Origin: Convolutriloba macropyga
Lineage: Eukaryota
Reading direction: 5' to 3'
Assembly (NCBI RefSeq): GCF_964194025.1
Contig: NC_134468.1
Location: forward strand, 20,088,001-20,152,000
Length of the DNA: 64,000 nt
Part shown: in pieces, positions 1 to 14,436 of the stretch
Layout of the letters: every line of letters begins with the position of its first letter
How positions within the stretch are numbered: the stretch's first letter is position 1
Position numbers and translations under genes: made by a program
Notes under the pieces: generated by a model
The model's input: the letters and a program-made list of their open reading frames with translations, nothing else
The model's database searches: none
What the model was told of the DNA's origin: nothing

Positions 1-295
1 GATACTTCAAAATATATACTGGAATTCAAAATGTTGATCTGGAATTATTGAAAAAAAACTAAATATTTCTGCAAACTTATTTGCTAATTGTTGCTCTCAT
101 CCTTCATCGATTTACCTGTAACGTCTGCAATTATGCATAATTGTGGGTAACTTTATTTTCAGTTTAACTATATATGGTTTTTTTCCTTTTGTACTACTGT
201 TAATGTCATAGCCGCATGATTGAAAAATGTTATAGTAACATTGTAGCCTGCAAAATATTGATAGCCATTATAATAGAATATGTACGAGAAAAGTA

Positions 296-368
296 CGACC
301 ACAGAGGTATTCGATCCCCCAATCTTCTGATTCGAAGTCAGACGCCTTATCCGTTAGGCTATGCGGCC
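296..368 (-). tRNA. tRNA-Arg(UCG) variant with mutated T-arm/B box, probable pseudogene
   Basis: T arm reads GGGGG ATCGAAT ACCTC instead of GGGGG TTCGAAT CCCTC; the rest is consensus. Confidence 0.7.
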
Positions 369-1180
369 TTGAAGTTGACAGCACTCTGAATTATCTCTGT
401 CTTTTTTTGTATACGTCAAAATATATACTTAGAGCTGAAAGTTAGGGGTCTCCGTGTTGATCTGGAAATATTGACAAAGAACTAAAATATTTTGCTGGTT
501 TATCCACAAATTGTTGCTTTCATCCTCAATCAATTCACCTGTAACCTCTGCACTTATGCCTAATTGCGGGTAACTTTTTTTCAATTCAACTAAATTTGTT
601 TTTTTGTGCTGCTGTCAATGTCACAGCAACATGATTGAATAATGTTATAGCATAACTGAGAATTTTAGATGTGGCTCCTATCCTGTAAATGTCATAGCAG
701 CTTAAACAAAGGTATCATAGCAACCTTGTAAAAAGCAAATTATAGGTTGCAATTATAAACGAGAAAAGGACGACCATATAGGGACTCGTACCCCCAATCT
801 TCTGATTCGAAGTCAGACGCCTTATCCGCTAGGCTTTGCGGCCTTGAAGTTGCCAGCACTCTGAATGATTTTTGTATTTTTTCGGATACTTCAAAATATA
901 TACTGGAATTCAAAATGTTGATGTGGAATTATTAAAAAAAAAAACTAAAAATTTCTGCAAGCTTATGCGCAAATTGTTGCCCTCATCCTTCATCAATTTA
1001 CCTGTAACGTCTGCAATTATGTATAATTGTGGGTAACTTTATTTTCAGTTTAACTATATATGGTTCTTTTCCTTTGTACTACTGTTAATGTCATAGCCGC
1101 ATGATTGAAAAATGTTATAGTTACATTGTAACCTGCAATCTATTGATCTCCATTATAATAAAATATGTACGCGAAAAGTA

Positions 1181-1253
1181 CGACCACAGAGGGATTCGAA
1201 CCCCCAATCTTCTGATTCGAAGTCAGACGCCTTATCCGTTAGGCCTTGCGGCC
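1181..1253 (-). tRNA. tRNA-Arg(UCG) variant (positions 8-9 TA>AG, A box affected)
   Basis: All stems pair; 5' end reads GGCCGCA AG GCCT. Confidence 0.7.
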
Positions 1254-2002
1254 TTAAAGTTGACACCACTCTGAATAATCTTTGTCTTTTTTCGGATACT
1301 TCAAAATATATACTTAGAGCTGGAAGTTAGAGGTCTCCGTGTTGATCTGGAAATATTGACAAAGAACTAAAATTTTTTGCTGGTTTATCCGCAAATTGTT
1401 GCTTTCATCCTCAATCAATTCACATGTAACCTCTGCACTTATGCCTAATTGCGGGTGTTTTTTTTTCAGTTTAACTGAATGATTTTTTTCTTTTGTACTA
1501 CTGTCAATGTCACAGCAACATGATGGAATAATGTTATAGCATAACTCTAACATGCAAATTATAAGAATCTATAATGTTCTATTTACGAGATAAGTTTGAA
1601 AAATGGTGATTCGAACACCTAATGTTGGTATTCGCAGTCAAACGCCTTATACATGTGGCTGTGCGGACTTGATGTTCAGCGCACTCTGTGAAATGTGTGT
1701 CATTTTTTGAATATTTCAAATTTATATACTTAGAGCTGAAAATTTTAGATGTCTCCGTATTGATCTGGAAAAATTGGCAAAAAACCAAAAAGTTTTGCTA
1801 AATTATCCGCAAATTTTTGCTCTCCTTATTTTTCAGAGGTTCACGTGAAACGTTTGCACCGAAGCTTAATTGCAGGTCACTTTATGTCCAATTTAACAAT
1901 ATATGGCTCCTTTCCTGTAAATGTCATAGCACCTTAAACAAAGCTATCATACCCACATTGTAACAAGCAAATTATAGGTTGCAATTATAAATGAGAAAAG
2001 GA

Positions 2003-2075
2003 CGACCGCAGAAGGATTCGAACCCCCAATCTTCTGGTTCGAAGTCAGACGCCTTATCCGTTAGGCTATGCGGCC
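2003..2075 (-). tRNA. tRNA-Arg(UCG) variant
   Basis: Cloverleaf retained with an A:C mismatch in the anticodon stem and an extra G:U in the T stem. Confidence 0.7.
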
Positions 2076-2806
2076 TTTAATTTTCCAGCACTTTGAATAA
2101 TCTATGTATTTTTTGGATACTTCAAAATATATACTTAGAGCTGAAGTTTAGGGCTCCCCGTGTTGATCTGGAATTGTTGAAAAAAAACTAAAAATTTTTG
2201 CAAGCTTATTCGCAAATTGTTGCTTTCTTCCTTCATCAATTTACCTGTAACGTCCGCAATTATGCATATTTGTGGGTAACATTATTTGCAGTTTAACTAT
2301 ATATGGCTCTTTTTGTGTAAATGTCAACAGCTCAAGCAAAAAATATCACAGCAACTTTGAAACGTGCAAATTATAGGTAGCAACTATAAATGAGAAAAGT
2401 ACGACATAGGGCTTCGAACGACCAAGCTTCTGATTCGAAGTTTGACCCCTTATCCGTTAGGCTATGCGGCCTTGAAGTTGCCAGCACTCTGAATAATCTT
2501 TGTCTTTCATCGAATACTTCAAAATATATACTGGAATTCAAAATGTTGATCTGGAATTTTTGAAAAAAAAAACTAGTAATTTCTGCAAGCTTATTCTCAA
2601 ATTGTTGCTCTCATCCTTTATCAATTTACCTGTAACGTCTGCAATTATGCATAATTGTGGTTAACTTTATTTTCAGTTTAAATATATATGGTTCTTTTCC
2701 TTTGTACTACTGTTAATGTCATAGCCGCATGATTGAAATGTTATTGTAACATTGTAACCTGCAAACTATTGATAGCCATTATAATAATATATGTACGAAA
2801 AAAGTA

Positions 2807-2879
2807 CAACCACAGAGGGATTCGAACCCCCAAACTTCTGATTCGAAGTCAGACGCCTTATCCGTTAGGCTATGCGGCC
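2807..2879 (-). tRNA. tRNA-Arg(UCG), near-intact variant
   Basis: Two substitutions from consensus (G1:U72 pair and one in the variable loop). Confidence 0.72.
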
Positions 2880-5800
2880 TTGAAGTTGTCATCGCTCTGA
2901 ATAATCTTTGTATTTTTTCGGATACTTCAAAATATATACTTTGAGCTGAGATTTAGGGCTCTCCGTGTTGATCTGGAATTATTGAGAAAGAACTAAAAAT
3001 TTCTGCAAGCTTATTGTCAAATTGTCGCTCTCATCCTTCATCAATTTACCTGTAACGTCTGCAATTATGCATGTTTGTGGGTAACTTTATTTTCAGTTGA
3101 ACTTTATATGGTTCTCTTCCTTTGTACCACTGTCAATGTCATAACCGCATGATTGAAAAACGCTATAGTAACATTGTGACCTGCAAACTACTGATAGCCA
3201 TTATAATGTTATATGTACGAGAAAAGTACGACCACAGAGGGATTCGAACCCCCAATCTTCTGATTCGAAGTCAAACGCCTCATCCGTGAGGCTATGCGAC
3301 CTTGGCGTTGCCAGCACTCTGAAAAATTTTTGCATCGAATACTTCAAAATTTATACTTAGAGCTGAAAATTAGGGGTCTCTGAGTTGATGTGGAAATATC
3401 GACAATGAACTAAAGAATTTTGCAATTTCATCCACCAGTGGTTGCTCTCATCCTGAATCAATATACCTTTAACTTCTGCAAATATGCATAATTGTGGGTA
3501 ACTTTATTTTCATATAACTATATATGTTTTTTTTTTATTTTGTACTACTGTCAATGTCATAGCAGCATGATTAAAAATTTGTTATTGAAACATTGTAGCA
3601 TGCAAATTATAAATAGCAACTATAATGTTATATTTACGGGAAAAGTTCGACAAAAGGTATTCGAAAGTCCAATGTTGGGATTCGAAGTCGAACGCCTTAT
3701 ACGTTTGGCTCTGCGGACTTGATGTTGAGCGCACTCCGGAAAATGTGTGTCGTTTTTACGGAAACTTCAAAATCATACACTTAGAGCTCGAAAAACAGAG
3801 GTATCCGTGTTGATCACGAAATAATGGCAGAAAAATAAATTTTGTGCAAATTTTTCCGCAAACAGTTGCTCCCATCCATTTTAAAAGGTTTACCTGTAGC
3901 GGTTGCACCGAAACATAATTGCGGGTAACTTTATGTCCACTTGAACACTATATAGCTCTTTTGCTTTTTAAATCTGTAAATGGCATAGCAGCTTAACCAA
4001 AGAGCAACATTGTAATGTGCAAATTATTGGTAGCAACTATAATTGAGAAAAGTACGACAACATAGGGATTCCAACCACCAGTCTTCTGATTCAAAGTCTT
4101 ATCTGATAGGCTGTGCGGCCTTGAAGTTGACAGCACTCTGAAAAGTATTTGCCTTTTTTCGAATACTTTAAAATATATACTTAGAGCTGAAAATTAGGGG
4201 TCTCCGTGTTGATCTGGAAATGTTGAGAAAAAACTAAACATTTCTGCAAGTTTATTTGCAAATTGTTGCTCTCGTCTTTCATCATTTTACCTGTAACGTC
4301 TGCAATTATGCATAGTTTTGTGTAACTTTATTTTCAGTTTAACTATATATGGCTCCTTTTGTGTAAACGTCAACAGCTTAAGCAACAAATATCACAGCAA
4401 TTTTGAAACGTGAGAATTATAGAGGAATTATTCTGGAATTATTGAGAAAAAACTAAAAATTTCTGCTAGTTTATCCGCAGATTTTTGCTCTCATCCTTAG
4501 TCAGTTTACCTGTAACGTCTGCACTTATGCATAGTTGCGGGTAACTTTGTTTTCAGTTTAACTATATGTTTCTTTTCCTTTGTGTTGAAAAATGTTATGG
4601 CAACCTTGTAACAAGCAAATTATAAGTAGCAACTATAATGTTATGTGTACGAGAAAAGTTTGACAAAAGAGAGATTCGAACACCCAATGTTGGGATTCGC
4701 AGTCAAACGTCTTTTACGTTTGGCTGTGCGGACTTGATGTTCAGTTGACTTGGAAGAGTGTATGTCGTTTTTCCGGATACTTCAAAATTTTATCCCTGGA
4801 GCTAAAAAAAATAGCGATCTCCATATTGATCTTGAATTATTGGCAGAAAATCAATAAGTTTTGCAAGTTTATTTGCAAATTTTTGCTCTTTTTCTTCAGA
4901 GTTTCGCGTGTAACGTTTGCCCCGAAGCTTTATTGCGGGTCACTTTTTGTCCAATTTTACAATATATTGCTCTGTTCCTGTAATTGTCATAGCAGCTTAA
5001 GCAAGGGTATTTATAGCAACATTGTAACACGCAAATTGTAGGTTGCAATTATAAATGTGAAAAGTACGACCAAAGATGGATTCGAACCCCCAATCTTCTG
5101 ATTCGAGGTCCGACGCCCTATCCGTTGGGCTATGCGGCCTTGAAGTTGAGAGCACTCTGAAAAATATTTGTCTTTTTTTCTGATGCTTAAAATTATATAC
5201 TTACATCTAAAAATTAAGGGTCTCTGTATTGATATGGAAATATTGACCAAAAACAGAAATTTTTTGAATCAGAAGTTTTTTTCACCAGTTGTTGCTCTCA
5301 TCCTTAATCAATTTACCTTTAACGTCTGCAATTATGCAAAAGTTTGGGTAACTTAATTTTCTGTTTAACTATATATGGTTCTTTTCCTTTGCACTACTGT
5401 CAATTGAAAAATGTTATAGCAACATTGTAACTGCAAATTATATGTAGCCATTAGATGTTATTTGTAAGAGAAAAGTTCGACCACAGAGGGCTTCGAACAC
5501 GCATTGTTTGGATTTGCCAACAAACGCCTTATACATTTGTCTATGCGCCCCTGATATTCAGTGCACTCTGAAAAATGTGTGTTGTTTTTCCGGATACTTC
5601 AGAATTATATACTTAGAGCTAAAAATATAGAGGTCTCCGTTTTGATCTTAAAATAATCGCAGAAAATCAAAAAGTTTTGCAAGTTTATGCGCAAATTGTT
5701 GCTCTCATTCTTTTCCAGAGTTTCACCTGTAACGTTTGCACCGAAGCATAAAGGCGGATATTTCTATGTCCATTTTAACAATATATGGCTCCTTTCCTGG

Positions 5801-8800
5801 AAACGTTATAGCCGCTTAAGCAGAAATATCACAGCAACATTGAAACGTGCAAATTATTGATAGCAACTATAAATGACAAAAATACGAACCACCAATTTGT
5901 TTCGAAGTCAGACCCCTTATCCGTTAGGATTTGCGGCCTTGAAGTTGACAGCACTCTGAATAATCTTTGTGATTTCTCGGATACTTCAAAATATATACTT
6001 AGAGCTGAATTTTAGGGCTCCCCGTGTTGATCTGGAATTATTGAGAAAGGACTGAATGTTTTTGCTAGTTTATCTCAAATTGTTGCTGTCATCCTTAACC
6101 AATTTACCTGGAACTTCTGCAGAACAACTGTCAATGTCATAGCAGCATGATTAAAAATTTGTTATTGAAACATTTTAGCATGCAAATTATAAGTAGCAAC
6201 TATAATGTTATATTTACGGGAAAAGTTCGACAAAAGGTATTCGAAAGTCCAATGTTGGGATTCGAAGTCGAACGCCTTATACGTTGGGCTCTGCGGACTT
6301 GATGTTGAGCGCACTCCGGAAAATGTGTGTCGTTTTTACGGAAACTTCAAAATCATACACTTAGAGCTCGAAAAACAGAGGTATCCGTGTTGATCACGAA
6401 ATAATGGCAGAAAAATAAATTTTGTGCAAATTTTTCCGCAAACAGTTGCTCCCATCCATTTTAAAAGGTTTACCTGTAGCGGTTGCACCGAAACATAATT
6501 GCGGGTAACTTTATGTCCACTTGAACACTATATAGCTCTTTTCCTTTTTAAATCTGTAAATGGCATAGCAGCTTAACCAAAGAGCAACATTGTAATGTGC
6601 AAATTATTGGTAGCAACTATAATTGAGAAAAGTACGACAAAATAGGGATTCCAACCACCAGTCTTCTGATTCAAAGTCTTATCTGATAGGCTGTGCGGCC
6701 TTGAAGTTGACAGCACTCTGAAAAGTATTTGCCTTTTTTCGAATACTTTAAAATATATACTTAGAGCTGAAAATTAGGGGTCTCCGTTTTTCGAATACTT
6801 TAAAATATATAGTTAGAGCTGAAAATTAGGGGTCTCCGTGTTAATCTGGAAATATTGAGAAAAAACTAAACATTTCTGCAAGTTTATTTGCAAATTGTTG
6901 CTCTCATCCTTCATCATTTTACCTGTAACGTCTGCAATTATGCATAGTTTTGTGTAACTTTATTTTCAGTTTAACTATATATGGCTCCTTTTGTGTAAAT
7001 GTCAACAGCTTAAGCAACAAATATCACAGCAACTTTGAAACGTGAGAATTATTGAGGAATTATTCTGGAATTATTGAGAAAAAACTAAAAATTTCTGCTA
7101 GTTTATCCGCAGATTTTTGCTCTCATCCTTAGTCAGTTTACCTGTAACGTCTGCACTTATGCATAGTTGCGGGTAACTTTGTTTTCAGTTTAACTATATG
7201 TTTCTTTTCCTTTGTGTTGAAAAATGTTATGGCAACCTTGTAACAAGCAAATTATAAGTAGCAACTATAATGTTATGTGTACGAGAAAAGTTTGACAAAA
7301 GAGGGATTCGAACACCCAATGTTGGGATTCGCAGTCAAACGTCTTGTTCGTTTGGCTGTGCGGACTTGATGTTCAGTTGACTTGGAAGAGTGTATGTCGT
7401 TTTTCCGGATACTTCAAAATTTTATCCCTGGAGCTAAAAAAATAGCGATCTCCATATTGATCTTGAATTATTGGCAGAAAATCAATAAGTTTTGCAAGTT
7501 TATTTGCAAATTTTTGCTCTTTTTCTTCAGAGTTTCGCGTGTAACGTTTGCCCCGAAGCTTTATTGCGGGTCACTTTTTGTCCAATTTTACAATATATTG
7601 CTCTGTTCCTGTAATTGTCATAGCAGCTTAAGCAAGGGTATTTATAGCAACATTGTAACATGCAAATTGTAGGTTGCAATTATAAATGAGAAAAGTACGA
7701 CCAAAGGTGAATTCGAACCCCCAATCTTCTGATTCGAGGTCCGACGCCCTATCCGTTGGGCTATGCGGCCTTGAAGTTGAGATTACTCTGAAAAATATTT
7801 GTCTTTTTTTCTGATGCTTAAAATTATATACTTACATCTAAAAATTAAGGGTCTCTGTTTTGATATGGAAATATTGACCAAAAACAGAAATTTTTTGAAT
7901 CAGAAGTTTTTTTCACCAGTTGTTGCTCTCATCCTTAATCAATTTACCTTTAACGTCTGCAATTATGCAAAAGTTTGGGTAACTTAATTTTCTGTTTAAC
8001 TATATATGGTTCTTTTCCTTTGCACTACTGTCAATTGAAAAATGTTATAGCAACATTGTAACTGCAAATTATATGTAGCCATTAGATGTTATTTGTAAGA
8101 GAAAAGTTCGACCACAGAGGGCTTCGAACACGCATTGTTTGGATTTGCCAACAAACGCCTTATACATTTGTCTATGCGCCCCTGATATTCAGTGCACTCT
8201 GAAAAATGTGTGTTGTTTTTCCGGATACTTCAGAATTATATACTTAGAGCTAAAAATATAGAGGTCTCCGTTTTGATCTTAAAATAATGGCAGAAAATCA
8301 AAAAGTTTTGCAAGTTTATTAGCAAATTGTTGCTCTCATTCTTTTCCAGAGTTTCACCTGTAACGTTTGCACCGAAGCAAAAAGGCGGATATTTCTATGT
8401 CCATTTTAACAATATATGGCTCTTTTCCTGGAAACGTTATAGCCGCTTAAGCAGAAATATCACAGCAACATTGAAACGTGCAAATTATTGATAGCAACTA
8501 TAAATGACAAAAATACGAACCACCAATTTGTTTCGAAGTCAGACCCCTTATCCGTTAGGATTTGCGGCCTTGAAGTTGACAGCACTCTGAATAATCTTTG
8601 TGATTTCTCGGATACTTCAAAATATATACTTAGAGCTGAAATTTAGGGCTCCCCGTGTTGATCTGGAATTATTGAGAAAGGACTGAATGTTTTTGCTAGT
8701 TTATCTCAAATTGTTGCTGTCATCCTTAACCAATTTACCTGGAACTTCTGCAGTTATGCATAATTGTGGGTAACTTTATTTTCAGTTTAACTATATATGG

Positions 8801-11800
8801 TTTTTTTTCTTTGTACTACTGTCGACGTCATAACAGCATGATTGAAGATTGTTATGGCAACATTGTAAACTGCAAATTATAAATAGCCATTTTAATGTAA
8901 TTTGTACGAGAAAAATTTGATCTTAGAGGGATTCTGACACGCAATGTTTGGATTTGCCAGCAAACGCCTTATACAATTGTCTATGCGCCCTTGATATTCA
9001 GCGCACCCTGAAAAGTGTGTGTTGTTTTTTCGGATACTTCAAAATTATATACTTAGAGCTAAAAATATAGAGATCTCCGTATTGGTTTTGAAATATTGAC
9101 AGAAAATCAATGTTTTGCAAGTTTATTTCGAAAATTGTTGTTCTTTTTCAGAGTTTCACCTGTTTTCACCTGTTTGCACCGACGCATAATTGCGGGCAAC
9201 TTTATGTCCAATTTAACAATATATGGCTCTTTTCCTGTAAATGTCAGCAGATTAAGCAAAAAATATCACAGCACCATTGAAACGTGCAAATTGTAGGTAG
9301 CAACTATGAATGGGAAAGTACGATCACATAAGGATTCGAACCACCAATCTTCTGATTCGAAGTCCGACCCCTGATCCGTTAGGCTTTGCGGCCTTAAAGT
9401 TGACAGCACTTTGAATAATCTTTCTCTTTTTTTCGGATACTTCACAATATACACTTAGAGCTGAAAATTGGGGCTCTCCGTGTTGATCTGGAAATATTGA
9501 GAAAAAACTAAAAATTTCTGCAAGTCTATTTGCAAATCGTTGCTCTCATCTTTAATCATTTTACCTGTAACGTCTGCAATTATGCATAATTTTGGGTAAC
9601 TTCATTTTCAGTTTAACTATATATGGTTCTTTTCCTTTGTACTACTGTCAATGTAATAGCAGCATGATTGAAAAATGTTATAGCAACATTGTAACTTGCA
9701 AATTATAAATAGCCGTTATAATGTTATATGTACGAGAAAAGTTCGACTTTAGAGGGATTCAATCACGCAATGTTTGGATTTGCCATCAAAACGCCTAATA
9801 CAATTGTCTATGCGCCCTTGATATTCAGCGCACGCTGAAAAATGGGTAGTTTTTTCGGATACTTCAAAATTATATCCTTAGAGCTAAAAATTTAGAGGTC
9901 TCCGTGTTGATCTTAAAATAATGGCTGAAAATCAAAAAGTTTTGCAAGTTTATGTGCAAATTGTTGCTCTCATTCTTTAAAATTATATACTTACATCTAA
10001 AAATTAAGGGTCTCTGTATTGATATGGAAATATTGACCAAAAACAGAAATTTTTTGAATCAGAAGTTTTTCACCAGTTGTTGCTCTCATCCTTAATCAAT
10101 TTACCTTTAACGTCTGCAATTATGCAAAAGTTTGGGTAACTTAATTTTCTGTTTAACTATATATGGTTCTTTTCCTTTGCACTACTGTCAATTGAAAAAT
10201 GTTATAGCAACATTGTAACTGCAAATTATATGTAGCCATTAGATGTTATTTGTAAGAGAAAAGTTCGACCACAGAGGGCTTCGAACACGCATTGTTTGGA
10301 TTTGCCAACAAACGCCTTATACATTTGTCTATGCGCCCCTGATATTCAGTGCACTCTGAAAAATGTGTGTTGTTTTTCCGGATACTTCAGAATTATATAC
10401 TTAGAGCTAAAAATATAGAGGTCTCCGTTTTGATCTTAAAATAATGGCAGAAAATCAAAAAGTTTTGCAAGTTTATGCGCAAATTGTTGCTCTCATTCTT
10501 TTCCAGAGTTTCACCTATAACGTTTGCACCGAAGCAAAAAGGCGGATATTTCTATGTCCATTTTAACAATATATGGCTCTTTTCCTGGAAACGTTATAGC
10601 CGCTTAAGCAGAAATATCACAGCAACATTGAAACTTGCAAATTATTGATAGCAACTATAAATGATAAAAATACGAACCACCAATTTGTTTCGAAGTCAGA
10701 CCCCTTATCCGTTAGGATTTGGGGCCTTGAAGTTGACAGCACTCTGAATAATCTTTGTGATTTCTCGGATACTTCAAAATATATACTTAGAGCTGAAATT
10801 TAGGGCTCCCCGTGTTGATCTGGAATTATTGAGAAAGGACTGAATGTTTTTGCTAGTTTATCTCAAATTGTTGCTGTCATCCTTAACCAATTTACCTGGA
10901 ACTTCTGCAGTTATGCATAATTGTGGGTAACTTTATTTTCAGTTTAACTATATATGGTTTTTTTTCTTTGTACTACTGTCGACGTCATAACAGCATGATT
11001 GAAGATTGTTATGGCAACATTGTAAACTGCAAATTATAAATAGCCATTTTAATGTAATTTGTACGAGAAAAATTTGATCTTAGAGGGATTCTGACACGCA
11101 ATGTTTGGATTTGCCAGCAAACGCCTTATACAATTGTCTATGCGCCCTTGATATTCAGCGCACCCTGAAAAGTGTGTGTTGTTTTTTCGGATACTTCAAA
11201 ATTATATACTTAGAGCTAAAAATATAGAGATCTCCGTATTGGTTTTGAAATATTGACAGAAAATCAATGTTTTGCAAGTTTATTTCGAAAATTGTTGTTC
11301 TTTTTCAGAGTTTCACCTGTTTTCACCTGTTTGTACCGACGCATAATTGCGGGCAACTTTATGTCCAATTTAACAATATATGGCTCTTTTCCTGTAAATG
11401 TCAGCAGATTAAGCAAAAAATATCACAGCAACATTGAAATGTGCAAATTGTAGGTAGCAACTATGAATGGGAAAGTACGATCACATAAGGATTCGAACCA
11501 CCAATCTTCTGATTCGAAGTCCGACCCCTGATCCGTTAGGCTTTGCGGCCTTAAAGTTGACAGCACTTTGAATAATCTTTCTCTTTTTTTCGGATACTTC
11601 ACAATATACACTTAGAGCTGAAAATTGGGGCTCTCCGTGTTGATCTGGAAATATTGAGAAAAAACTAAAAATTTCTGCAAGTCTATTTGCAAATCGTTGC
11701 TCTCATCTTTAATCATTTTACCTGTAACGTCTGCAATTATGCATAATTTTGGGTAACTTTATTTTCAGTTTAACTATATATGGTTCTTTTCCTTTGTACT

Positions 11801-14363
11801 ACTGTCAATGTAATAGCAGCATGATTGAAAAATGTTATAGCAACGTTGTAACTTGCAAATTATAAATAGCCATTATAATGTTATATGTACGAGAAAAGTT
11901 CGACTTTAGAGGGATTCAATCACGCAATGTTTGGATTTGCCAACAAAACGCCTAATACAATTGTCTATGCGCCCTTGATATTCAGCGCACGCTGAAAAAT
12001 GGGTAGTTTTTTCGGATACTTCAAAATTATATACTTAGAGCTAAAAATTTAGAGGTCTCCGTATTGATCTTAAAATAATGGCAGAAAATCAAAAAGTTTT
12101 GCAAGTTTATGCGCAAATTGTTGCTCTCATTCTTTTTCAGAGTTTCACCTTTAACGTTTGCACCGAAGCATAATTGCGGATAACTTTATGTCCAATTTAA
12201 CAATATATGGCTCTTTTCCAGGAAACGTCATAGCCGCTTAAGCAAAAATATCACAGCAACATTGAGACGTGCAAATAATTGGTAGCAACTATAAATGAGA
12301 AAAGTACGACCACATAGGGATTCGAACCCCCAGTCTGATTCGAAGTCATACCCCTTATCCGTTATGCTTTGCGGCCTTGAAGTTGACAGCACTCTGAATA
12401 ATCTTTGTCGTTTTTCGGATACCTCAAAATATGTACTTAGAGCTAAATTTTAGGGTTCCCCGTGTTGATCTGGAATTATTGAGAAAAAACTTAAAATTTC
12501 TGCAAGTTTATTCGCAAATTGTTGCTCTCATCCTTCACCATTTACCTGTAACGTCTGCAATTATGCTTAATTTTGGTTAACTTTATTTTCAGTTTAACTA
12601 TATATGGTTCTTTTCCTTTGTACTACTGTCAATGTCATAGCAGCATGATTGAAAAATGTTATAGCAAAATTAAAACCTGCAAATTATAAATAGCCATTAT
12701 AATGTTATATGTACGAGAAAAATTCAACTTTAGAGGGGCTCAAACACGTAATGTTTGGATTTGCCATCAAACGCCTTTTACAATTGTCTATGCGTTCTTG
12801 ATATTCAGCGCACGCTGAAAAATGTGTGGTTTTTTCGGATACTTCAAAATTATATACTTAGAGCTAAAAATATAGAGGTCTCCGTATTGATCTTAAAATA
12901 ATGGCAGAAAATCAAAAAAATTTGCAAGTTTATGCGCAAACTGTTGCTCTCATTCTTTTTCAGAGTTTCACCTTTAACGTTTGCACCGAAGCATAATTGC
13001 AGATAACTTTATGTCCAATTTAACAATATATGGCTCTTTTCCAGGAAACGTCATAGCCGCTTAAGCAAAAATATCACAGCAACATTGAAACGTGCAAATA
13101 ATTGGTAGCAACTACAAATGAGAAAAGTACGACCACATAGGGATTCGAACCCCCAGTCTGATTCGAAGTCATACCCCTTATCCGTTATGCTTTGCGGCCT
13201 TGAAGTTGACAGCACTCTGAATAATCTTTGTCGTTTTTCGGATACCTCAAAATATATACTTAGAGCTAAATTTTAGGGCTCCGCGTGTTGATCTGGAATT
13301 ATTGAGAAAAAACTTAAAATTTCTGCAAGTTTATTGGCAAATTGTTGCTCTCATCCTTCATCAATTTTCCTGTAACGTCTGCAATTATGCTTAATTTTGG
13401 TTAACTTTATTTTCAGTTTAACTATATATGGTTCTTTTCCTTTGTACTACTGTCAATGTCATAGCAGCATGATTGAAAAATGTTATAGCAAAATTAAAAC
13501 CTGCAATTTATAAATAGCCATTATAATGTTATATGTACGAGAAAAGTTCAACTTTATAGGGATTCAAACACGTAATGTTTGGATTTGCCATCAAACTTCT
13601 TATACAATTGTCTATGCGTTCTTGATATTCAGCGCACTCTGAAAAATGTGTGTTGTTTTTTCGGATACTTCAAAATTATATACTCAGAGCTAAAAATTTA
13701 GAGGTCTCCGATCTTAAAATAATGGCAGAAATTCGAAAAGTTTTGCAAGTTTATGCGCAAATTGTTGTTCTTTTTTTTCAGATTTTCACCTGTGACGTTT
13801 TCATCGAAGCATAACTGCGGGCAACTTTATGTCCAATTTAACAACATATGGCTCTTCCTTTAAATGTCAGCAGATTAAGCAAAAAATATCACAGCAACAT
13901 TGAAACGTGCAAATTATAGGTACCAACTATAAATGAGAAAAATACGACCACATGGGGATTCGAACCAGCAATCTGATTCGAAGTCAGACCCCTTGTCCGT
14001 TAGGCTTTGCGGCCTTGAAGTTGACAGCAGTCTGAATAATCGTTGTCTTTTTTCGGATACTTCAAAATATATACTTAGAGCTGAAATTTAGGGCTCCCCT
14101 TGTTGATCTGAAATTATTGAGAAAAATCTAAAAGTTTCCTCAAGCTTATTTGTAAATTGTTGCTCTCATCCTTAGTCAATTTACCTGTAAAGTCTGCAAT
14201 TATGCATAATTTTGGGTAACTGTTTTTCCGTTTAACTATTATATGGTTCTTTTCTTTTTTACTACTGTCAATGTCATATCAGCATGATTGAAAAATGTTA
14301 TAGCAACATTGTAACCTGCAAATTATAAATAGCCATTATAATGTTATATGTACGAGAAAATTT

Positions 14364-14436
14364 CAACTTTAGAGGGATTCAAACACGTAATGTTTGGATT
14401 TGCCATCAAACGCCTTATACAATTGTCTATGCGCCC
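14364..14436 (-). pseudogene. Representative class-B' tRNA pseudogene (GCA at anticodon position), alternating with UCG-type copies through ~5.4-21.5 kb
   Basis: Plus strand gtttggatttgccatcaaacgcc aligns to the anticodon arm with loop TG GCA AA; stems are disrupted. Confidence 0.7.

Noticed and set aside
110-162. snRNA or spliced-leader RNA in the spacer (ttacctg resembles the U1 5' end; gggtaac...ttttcag resembles splice sites)
   Set aside because: The match is only ~7 nt with no U1 stem-loops or convincing Sm site, and the apparent donor and acceptor are only ~16 nt apart. An Rfam/Infernal scan would settle it.
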